Source: an uncultured Rhodospirillaceae bacterium
Lineage (GTDB): Bacteria > Pseudomonadota > Alphaproteobacteria > UBA8366 > GCA-2717185
DNA: 50,233 nt
Assembly: GCA_964386465.1 (NCBI GenBank)
Contig: CAYLTU010000003.1
Coordinates: 1 to 50,233, forward strand
Reading direction: 5' to 3'
Below the pieces are notes generated by a model. The model had not been told where the DNA came from, ran no database searches, and saw only the letters and a list, made by a program, of their open reading frames with translations. A program made the position numbers and the translations under genes. This document shows positions 43,025 to 50,233 of the stretch, piece by piece; within the stretch, counting starts at the first letter, position 1; each line of letters starts with the position of its first letter.

Positions 43025-45083
43025 CGGTTCCGGTCGCCCCGTTTTCGCTGTCGACGAACTCCTGCGTGCATTTCGCCATCGTTTCCGAGGCGCGGCTGAT
43101 CGGGTCCGTCATATAGAAATTCGCGATCGGCGATGCGAACGGCGCTGATTCCAGGGAGCCTACGCTGCCGAATTCGCCCCAGGCCGCCGGTTCCGGATCA
43201 TCCAGCCTCGCGAAGTGCGGACACGCGTCCCGCATCTGCTCGCGCAGCGCCGACAGGCTGTCGAAAGGCAGGGTTTCCCCGACGACGGCCGACAATGCGC
43301 GGACGATCGTCCAGTCCTCGCGGGCATCGCCCGGTGGAAAGGCAGCGACCCGCCCCTGCTGTACACGGCCCTCGGTATTCACATAGGTGCCGCTTTTTTC
43401 CGTATAGGCCGCGCCGGGCAGGATGACATCCGCGGCATGCGCGCCTGCGTCGCCGTGGTGGCCCTGATAGATTACGAAGGCCTTCTCCAGCTTCCCGGTA
43501 TCGATCTCGTCGGCGCCCAACAGATAAACCATTTCGATGGCGCCTGACTCCGCCCCGTCGACGATGCCTCGCGTATCGAGCCCGCCCTCGCCCGGCACGA
43601 AGCCGATATCGAGCCCGCCGACCCGCGCCGCGGCCGTGTGCATGACGTTGAATCCGTTCCAGTCGCCGGCCACCATACCCGTGTTCTCGGCAATCCGGCG
43701 CGCCGCCGCCAGGACGGCACCTCCGTCGCCGCGATTCAGCGCACCCATGCCGAGGATCAGCATCGGACGTTCCGCGTCTTTCAGGACGGACGCGAAGGTA
43801 TGACTACCGTCCGCGATCTGTTGCAAGGTTTCCGGACCCGCGCCGAGATATTCTGCGTCGTAGGTCAGATCATGCGAGGGTCCGACAACGCCGACCTGGA
43901 AACTGCCTTGCAGCCAGCGTTTGCGCAGCCGCGAATTCACCAGCGGCGCTTCCCAGCGCGGATTTGAGCCGACAATCAGGCACGCATCGGCCTCCTCGAC
44001 CCCGGCGATACCGGTATTGAATAGGTATGAGGCACGGGCAGAAGGATCGAGCGCCGCGCCGTCCTGTCGGCAATCCAGGTTCGGCGAACCGAGCGCCGCC
44101 ATCAGCGCCTTCAGTGCGAACATCGATTCCGCATCGCAAAGATCACCGGCCAGCGCCGCGATCTTACCGCCCTCGAGCCCCTTTATCCGGTTCGCGATCG
44201 TCTCGAACGCCGTATCCCAGTCCGCCGCTTCGAGCTTGCCTTCCGCGCTGCGCACATAGGGCCGGTCGAGACGCTGCCGGCGCAACCCGTCACAGGCAAA
44301 CCGCGTCTTGTCCGAGATCCATTCCTCGTTCACGTCCTCGTTGAGGCGCGGCAGAACCCGAAGCACTTCGTTGCCGCGCGCATCGACCCGGATGTTGCTC
44401 CCCACCGCGTCCATGACGTCGATGGTCTCTGTCTTGCGCAGCTCCCATGGGCGCGCGACGAAGGAATAGGGTTTCGAGGTCAGCGCGCCGACCGGACAGA
44501 GATCGATCACGTTACCCGACAGTTCGGAGGAAACCGCCTTGCCCAGCGTCGTGATCTCGGCGTTCTCGCCGCGGTTGACCATACCCATATCGGTCACGCC
44601 GCCGACTTCCGTAGAGAACCGGACACAGCGCGTGCAGTGGATGCAGCGGGTCATGATGGAGTTGATCAGCGGTCCCATATATTTGTTGTCGACCGCGCGC
44701 TTGTTCTCCTCGAAGCGGCTGCCGTCATGGCCGAAGGCCATCGCCTGGTCCTGTAGGTCGCACTCGCCGCCCTGATCGCAGATCGGGCAGTCGAGCGGGT
44801 GGTTGATAAGCAGGAACTCCATGACCCCGTGGCGCGCCTTCCGGACCATCTCGGAATCGGTGAAAATTTCCATTCCCTCGCCCACCGGCAGGGCGCAGGA
44901 GGCGGCAGGTTTGGGCGGTCCCGGTTTGACTTCGACAAGGCACATGCGGCAATTGCCGGCGATCGACAGGCGCTCGTGATAACAAAAGCGCGGTATCTCG
45001 GCACCCGCCATTTCACAGGCCTGTAGCACGGAAATACCGTCCGGAACTTCCAGTTCCACGCCGTCGACTTTTAAATTCGGCAT
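43017..45083 (-). CDS. nuoG: NADH-quinone oxidoreductase subunit G
   Basis: [40 protein letters not shown]. Confidence 0.98.
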   Translation of the reverse strand: MPNLKVDGVELEVPDGISVLQACEMAGAEIPRFCYHERLSIAGNCRMCLVEVKPGPPKPAASCALPVGEGMEIFTDSEMVRKARHGVMEFLLINHPLDCPICDQGGECDLQDQAMAFGHDGSRFEENKRAVDNKYMGPLINSIMTRCIHCTRCVRFSTEVGGVTDMGMVNRGENAEITTLGKAVSSELSGNVIDLCPVGALTSKPYSFVARPWELRKTETIDVMDAVGSNIRVDARGNEVLRVLPRLNEDVNEEWISDKTRFACDGLRRQRLDRPYVRSAEGKLEAADWDTAFETIANRIKGLEGGKIAALAGDLCDAESMFALKALMAALGSPNLDCRQDGAALDPSARASYLFNTGIAGVEEADACLIVGSNPRWEAPLVNSRLRKRWLQGSFQVGVVGPSHDLTYDAEYLGAGPETLQQIADGSHTFASVLKDAERPMLILGMGALNRGDGGAVLAAARRIAENTGMVAGDWNGFNVMHTAAARVGGLDIGFVPGEGGLDTRGIVDGAESGAIEMVYLLGADEIDTGKLEKAFVIYQGHHGDAGAHAADVILPGAAYTEKSGTYVNTEGRVQQGRVAAFPPGDAREDWTIVRALSAVVGETLPFDSLSALREQMRDACPHFARLDDPEPAAWGEFGSVGSLESAPFASPIANFYMTDPISRASETMAKCTQEFVDSENGATGTDG

Positions 45084-45092
45084 GGCCCGCTC

Positions 45093-46382
45093 CTACTCCG
45101 CCGCCACGGCGACGCTCTTGCGTCCCACGATGCGGCTCTCGATCACGTCTCGGAAATGCCGGATCAGGCCTTGCACCGGCCAGGCCGCGCCGTCGCCCAA
45201 CGCGCAAATCGTATGACCTTCGATCTGGTGTGAGACTTCCAGCAGCATGTCGATTTCGGCGATTTCCGCCTCGCCCTTGGCCATGCGCTCCAGCACGCGC
45301 CACATCCAGCCGGTCCCTTCGCGGCAGGGCGTGCACTGGCCGCAACTCTCATGCTTGTAGAAATAGGCAAGGCGCGCGATCGCCTTGATGACGTCGGTCG
45401 ATTTGTCCATGACGATGATGCCGGCGGTGCCCAGTCCGGACCTGTGCTCCTTCAGTGCATCGAAATCCATCAGCACGTCGTCGCAAATCGATTTCGGCAG
45501 CATCGGCGTCGAACTACCGCCCGGAATGACCGCCAGCAGATTATCCCAGCCGCCGCGCACGCCGCCCGCATGCTTTTCAAGCAGTTCCTTCAGCGGGATC
45601 GACATCGACTCTTCGACGTTGCAGGGCTTTTCGACATGCCCCGAGATGCAGAACACTTTCGTCCCGACATTGTTCTCGCGGCCGAAGCTGCCGAACCAAT
45701 CGGCGCCGCGGCGCAGGATGGTCGGCGCGACCGCGATGGTCTCGACATTGTTGACGGTGCTGGGACAGCCATACAGACCGGACATGGCCGGGAAAGGCGG
45801 TTTCAGCCTCGGTTGACCTTTCTTGCCCTCCAGGCTTTCCAGCAGCGCGGTCTCCTCGCCGCAGATATAGGCGCCGGCGCCGCGATGCACATAGACGTCA
45901 AACGCCCAGCCGGTGCCGCATGCGTCCGGCCCCAGCAGCCCCGCCTCATAGGCCTCGTCCACGGCGCGGTCGAGCGCCGCGGCTTCGTTGTAGAATTCAC
46001 CGCGGACATAGACGTAAGCCGCGTGCGCGCCCATCGCAAAACCGGCGACGAAACAGCCTTCGACCAGCTTGTGCGGGTCGTGCCGCAGGATGTCGCGGTC
46101 CTTGCAAGTACCGGGCTCGCTCTCGTCGCCATTGACGATGAGATAGTGCGGTCGGCCTTCGGCCTCCTCCTTGGGCATGAAGGACCACTTCAAGCCGGTC
46201 GGGAAGCCCGCCCCGCCGCGGCCGCGCAGGCCGGAGGACTTCATCTCCTCGACGATCCAGTCACGGCCTTTCTCGATAATCGCCTTGGTGTTGTCCCAGT
46301 CGCCGCGCGCACGGGCCCCGGCGAGGCCCGGATCGTGCAGCCCGTACAGGTTGGTGAAAATGCGATCCTTGTCCTGCAGCAT
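45093..46382 (-). CDS. nuoF: NADH-quinone oxidoreductase subunit F
   Basis: [30 protein letters not shown]. Confidence 0.98.
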   Translation of the reverse strand: MLQDKDRIFTNLYGLHDPGLAGARARGDWDNTKAIIEKGRDWIVEEMKSSGLRGRGGAGFPTGLKWSFMPKEEAEGRPHYLIVNGDESEPGTCKDRDILRHDPHKLVEGCFVAGFAMGAHAAYVYVRGEFYNEAAALDRAVDEAYEAGLLGPDACGTGWAFDVYVHRGAGAYICGEETALLESLEGKKGQPRLKPPFPAMSGLYGCPSTVNNVETIAVAPTILRRGADWFGSFGRENNVGTKVFCISGHVEKPCNVEESMSIPLKELLEKHAGGVRGGWDNLLAVIPGGSSTPMLPKSICDDVLMDFDALKEHRSGLGTAGIIVMDKSTDVIKAIARLAYFYKHESCGQCTPCREGTGWMWRVLERMAKGEAEIAEIDMLLEVSHQIEGHTICALGDGAAWPVQGLIRHFRDVIESRIVGRKSVAVAAE

Positions 46383-46972
46383 CAGTCGGCCTTCGCGAAG
46401 TCGAGATCGGTAAGCACTTGCGGTCCGCCGACCGGCGCGGAAGTCTGCCGGTCGATCTGTGGGCCATAGGGCGGCGTCTCGCCCGCCTTCAAGGCGTCCA
46501 GCACCGCGACCATCTGTGGGCCGGTCAGGTCTTCATACATGTCATCGTTGATCTGAACGATCGGCGCGTTGACGCAGGCGCCGAGGCACTCCACCTCGCG
46601 CATGGTGAACAGTCCGTCCTCCGTCGTCTGACCGTAGTCGATGCCAAGATGCTCGCGCGCGGCCGCGACGACGTCATCGGAATTGCACAGCCAGCACGGC
46701 GTCGTCGTGCAGAACTGCAGCAGGAATTTGCCGACCGGTTCAGTGTTGATCATCGTGTAGAAGCTGGCGACTTCGACAACACGTATCCGAGGCATGCCGA
46801 GCAAATCGGCCACCGCATCGATCACCGCATCGGACGCCCAGCCGTCATTCTGCCGCTGCGCCAAATCGAGAAGCGGCAACGCCGCACTCGCCTGCCGGCC
46901 CGACGGATATTTCGCAATATGTTTCCGAGCGGTCGCCATGTTTTCGGGCGTGAACTCGAACTTGTCGCTCAT
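46382..46972 (-). CDS. nuoE: NADH-quinone oxidoreductase subunit E
   Basis: [20 protein letters not shown]; start set at ATG 46972 (ATGA overlap with nuoD). Confidence 0.96.
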   Translation of the reverse strand: MSDKFEFTPENMATARKHIAKYPSGRQASAALPLLDLAQRQNDGWASDAVIDAVADLLGMPRIRVVEVASFYTMINTEPVGKFLLQFCTTTPCWLCNSDDVVAAAREHLGIDYGQTTEDGLFTMREVECLGACVNAPIVQINDDMYEDLTGPQMVAVLDALKAGETPPYGPQIDRQTSAPVGGPQVLTDLDFAKAD

Positions 46973-48150
46973 CGGTCGATCTCCCCGAACACGACGTCCA
47001 TGGCGCCCAGGATGGCCACCGAATCCGCAAGCATGTGCCCCTTGCACATGGAGTCCATCGCTTGCAAATGCGCGAAGCCGGGCGCCCGGATCTTGCAACG
47101 GTAGGGTTTGTTCGTGCCGTCGGAAACCAGGTAGACGCCGAATTCGCCCTTCGGTGCCTCGACGGCGGTGTAGGTCTCGCCCGCCGGCACATGAACGCCT
47201 TCGGTGTAGAGCTTGAAATGGTGGATCAGCGCTTCCATCGAACGCTTCATCTCGCCGCGCGACGGCGGTCCCACCTTGCCGTCTTCGGTCATCACCGGTC
47301 CGTCCGGCATTTGCTCAATACATTGCCGCACGATGCGCAAGCTCTGCCGCATTTCTTCCACACGGATCAGAAAACGATCGTAACAATCGCCGTTCTTGCC
47401 GACCGGGATGTCGAAATTCATCTGATCGTAGGCGTCATAGGGTTGCGACTTGCGCAGATCCCAGGGGACGCCGGAAGCTCGCAGCATCGGTCCAGAGAAA
47501 CCCCAGGCCATCGCCTCCTCTTCCGATACGACGCCGATATCGACCGTCCGCTGCTTGAAGATGCGGTTTTCGTTGAGCAGGGTTTCCAGGTCATCGAGAA
47601 ACTTCGGGAACGCGTCGGCCCAGGCAAGAATATCCTCGCCCATGCCGGCCGGCATGTCCTGATGAACCCCGCCAACCCGGAAATAGGCCGCGTGCAGGCG
47701 CGCGCCGCAGGTGGCCTCGTAGAACTCCATAATTTTTTCGCGTTCCTCGAACGCCCAGAGCATCGGCGTCATCGCTCCAACATCCAGCGCCAGCGCCGGC
47801 GCGTTAAGCAGATGGTTGAGTATTCGCGAGATTTCAGCGAACAGCACGCGGACGTATTGGCCGCGCGGCGGCGGTGCGATGCCGAGCAGCTTTTCGGCAG
47901 CGAGCACGAACGCGTGCTCCTGACACATCGGCGCGACATAGTCGAGGCGATCGAAATACGGCATCGCCTGTAGATAGGTCTTGTATTCGATAAGCTTCTC
48001 GGTGCCGCGGTGCAGGAGGCCGACATGGGGATCGATCCGCTCGACGATCTCGCCGTCCATCTCCATCACCATGCGCAGCACGCCATGCGCGGCCGGATGC
48101 TGCGGGCCGAAATTCAGCGTCAGATTCTTGATTTCCGCTTCCGCCGCCAT
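46969..48150 (-). CDS. nuoD: NADH-quinone oxidoreductase subunit D
   Basis: [32 protein letters not shown]; start set at ATG 48150. Confidence 0.98.
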   Translation of the reverse strand: MAAEAEIKNLTLNFGPQHPAAHGVLRMVMEMDGEIVERIDPHVGLLHRGTEKLIEYKTYLQAMPYFDRLDYVAPMCQEHAFVLAAEKLLGIAPPPRGQYVRVLFAEISRILNHLLNAPALALDVGAMTPMLWAFEEREKIMEFYEATCGARLHAAYFRVGGVHQDMPAGMGEDILAWADAFPKFLDDLETLLNENRIFKQRTVDIGVVSEEEAMAWGFSGPMLRASGVPWDLRKSQPYDAYDQMNFDIPVGKNGDCYDRFLIRVEEMRQSLRIVRQCIEQMPDGPVMTEDGKVGPPSRGEMKRSMEALIHHFKLYTEGVHVPAGETYTAVEAPKGEFGVYLVSDGTNKPYRCKIRAPGFAHLQAMDSMCKGHMLADSVAILGAMDVVFGEIDR

Positions 48151-48773
48151 CAGCCCTCTTCCGCCTCCGCCTTCTCGTCGCCCGGCAACTCGCGCGTCAT
48201 GCCCTCCCAAGGGCTCAGGTAATCGAAAGACCGGAACGCCTGGGTCAGCTTCACCGGTTCGTAGACCACGCGTTTCTGTTCATCGTCGTAGCGGACCTCG
48301 ACATAGCCGGTGAGCGGAAAGTCCTTGCGCAGCGGATGTCCCTCGAAGCCGTAATCCGTCAACAGGCGCCGCAGGTCGGGGTGATCGGAGAAAAAGACGC
48401 CGTACATGTCCCAGCATTCCCGCTCGAACCAGGAAGCCGTGGGAAACACGCCCGATACCGACGGCACCGGCGTGTCTTCATCCGTGCGGACTTTGATTCG
48501 AACCCGCTGGTTATGCTTGTAGCTGAGCAGGTTGTAATTCACTTCGAAGCGGATTGCCCGCTCCGGATAATCGACGCCGCAAATATCCATCAAGCTCTTG
48601 AACAGGCAACTTGAATCATCGCGCAGGAATTTCAAGGTACGAACCACATCGCCGCCCGCGACTTCAACGTTCAGCTCACTGTTTGTAATATTATGATCGA
48701 GGACAACTGCGCCGAGTGCCGCAACGATATGCGCCCTTAACTCTTCGAGCGCGTCTTGGGTGGCGTCGTTCAT
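48150..48773 (-). CDS. nuoC: NADH-quinone oxidoreductase subunit C
   Basis: [32 protein letters not shown]; start set at ATG 48773. Confidence 0.96.
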   Translation of the reverse strand: MNDATQDALEELRAHIVAALGAVVLDHNITNSELNVEVAGGDVVRTLKFLRDDSSCLFKSLMDICGVDYPERAIRFEVNYNLLSYKHNQRVRIKVRTDEDTPVPSVSGVFPTASWFERECWDMYGVFFSDHPDLRRLLTDYGFEGHPLRKDFPLTGYVEVRYDDEQKRVVYEPVKLTQAFRSFDYLSPWEGMTRELPGDEKAEAEEG

Positions 48774-48790
48774 CGAGCTTCCCGTCTCTA

Positions 48791-49058
48791 GGAGCTTGTC
48801 TGAGTGATGCTTCCGGTCTGCATCGAGCAGAGAGGCGTGCATGTTAGAAGGGGGTGCGCCGGCGATGCTGGCGGCATCGTCAAGCATCCACGACGCGGCA
48901 GGCGCGCCTCTCTGCTCGACCCGAAGGGCCGCGTTTTCAAAGCCTTGGGACGGCGTCCGGCGCCGCTTGCGATGCCACCGGCATCGCCACGCGACACCGT
49001 CCTAGCCCAAGACTTTGAAAACGCGGTGCAAACCATAAGCATCACTCAGACAAGCTCC
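48791..49058. mobile_element. 268-bp MITE-like palindromic element, copy 2
   Basis: 22-bp perfect TIR GGAGCTTGTCTGAGTGATGCTT, flanked by TA/TA (48789-48790, 49059-49060); colinear with copy 1, no indels. Confidence 0.88.
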
Positions 49059-49588
49059 TAACGCGCGATCGTACCGGTGCGCTTGATCTTCTTCTGCAAC
49101 TGCAGAAAGCCATAGACCAGCGCTTCGGCGGTCGGCGGGCAACCGGGGACATAAATGTCCACCGGTACGATCCGGTCGCAACCGCGCACCACGGCATAAG
49201 AATAATGATAATAACCGCCGCCATTGGCGCAGGACCCCATCGAAACGACCCAGCGGGGTTCCGCCATCTGGTCATAGACCTTGCGCAGCGCCGGCGCCAT
49301 TTTGTTGGTCAGGGTCCCGGCGACGATCATCACATCCGATTGGCGGGGACTGCCGCGCGGTACGATTCCAAAGCGGTCCAAATCGTAGCGCGGCATATAG
49401 GCGTGGATCATCTCGACGGCGCAGCAGGCGAGACCGAACGTCATGGGCCACAGCGAGCCGGTCCGCGCCCAGTTCACGACCTTGTCGGCGTTCGCGATGA
49501 TAAACCCTTTGTCGGCCAAGGTATCGTTGACCAGGCTCATCGCGCCTTCGTTGTCGCCCTGCTTGAGCGCCGGAGTATCTACTCCCAT
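49058..49588 (-). CDS. nuoB: NADH-quinone oxidoreductase subunit B
   Basis: [31 protein letters not shown]; start set at ATG 49588. Confidence 0.97.
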   Translation of the reverse strand: MGVDTPALKQGDNEGAMSLVNDTLADKGFIIANADKVVNWARTGSLWPMTFGLACCAVEMIHAYMPRYDLDRFGIVPRGSPRQSDVMIVAGTLTNKMAPALRKVYDQMAEPRWVVSMGSCANGGGYYHYSYAVVRGCDRIVPVDIYVPGCPPTAEALVYGFLQLQKKIKRTGTIAR

Positions 49589-49944
49589 TCGAGCGCGCCT
49601 TTCCGCCATTCATAGATGAAACCGATCGTGAGGATTCCGAGGAAGATCACCATCGACCAGAATCCGAAGAGCCCGATATTGCCGAGAGAGATCGCCCAGG
49701 GGAACAGGAACGCGACTTCCAGATCGAAGATGATGAACAGGATCGCAACAAGGTAGAACCGAACGTCGAACCGGCTGCGCGCGTCATCGAAGGCTTCGAA
49801 TCCGCATTCATAAGCAGAGAGTTTTTCAGAGTCCGGTTTCTGGTGGGCGAGTATGACACTTGCCACGAGCATCCCGACGGAGATGCCTACGGCGATGGCT
49901 AGGAAAATCAGAACCGGCAGATACTCCCGCAATATGCCGTCCAT
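49579..49944 (-). CDS. nuoA: NADH-quinone oxidoreductase subunit A
   Basis: [36 protein letters not shown]. Confidence 0.97.
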   Translation of the reverse strand: MDGILREYLPVLIFLAIAVGISVGMLVASVILAHQKPDSEKLSAYECGFEAFDDARSRFDVRFYLVAILFIIFDLEVAFLFPWAISLGNIGLFGFWSMVIFLGILTIGFIYEWRKGALEWE

Positions 49945-50233
49945 CAACTCAACTCCTCAACCGCGTTCGCGGCCCCTACCCAAAGCGTTGTAGCCTGACA
50001 ATGCGACCTGATTCTACCAACGGAATGATTCCGAAGCGCGGCACTGTGCCGTTTGTGTTTGCAATATAAAGTCAAATCCCAATGAAGCAAAGACCGATCG
50101 GAACAAAACAATGCACTGCCCGAGTATTGCAATTTCAAAGTGTTAATAAGCCCCTAATAGGAACCAATTTAAGTTGAAGTGGGAATTCGCGCTAAGCGAA
50201 ATTCGGGGAATGGCCGGAGCGACGGGACACGAA

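Noticed and set aside
48774-48887. 38-aa N-terminal extension of NuoC in the ORF track
   Set aside because: It runs into the inserted element; ATG 48773 gives a normal-length NuoC
34545-49058. Composite transposon carrying nuoC-birA between the two elements
   Set aside because: The enclosed genes are in ancestral order and continuous with nuoAB and coaX outside; each copy has its own local duplication, indicating independent insertions

Overview
GC-rich alphaproteobacterial chromosome segment (Rhodospirillales-like gene order, by inference), made almost entirely of conserved housekeeping genes: moeA(partial)-lexA, comEC, gltX-gltA, the minus-strand rpsB-tsf-pyrH-frr-uppS-cdsA-dxr-rseP-bamA-skp-lpxD-fabZ-lpxA-lpxI-lpxB cluster, and the minus-strand nuoA-N-birA-coaX-rnj-mce-DUF1467-tag-hyp-proS-lolC/E-lolD-dnaE run. 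Two things stand out. (1) Two copies of a 268-bp non-autonomous element (34545-34812 and 48791-49058; 43 substitutions, no indels by manual alignment). It has terminal inverted repeats and a four-way-junction fold supported by 8 compensatory base-pair changes, and both copies sit at stop-codon/RBS junctions of the nuo-birA-coaX run. (2) A small accessory islet between rpsB and dnaE, with a perfect FNR/FixK box upstream of a decayed hemerythrin-like gene and an intact DUF2478-like gene. No transposase, rRNA, tRNA or CRISPR array was seen. All calls come from reading motifs by eye; no searches were run.
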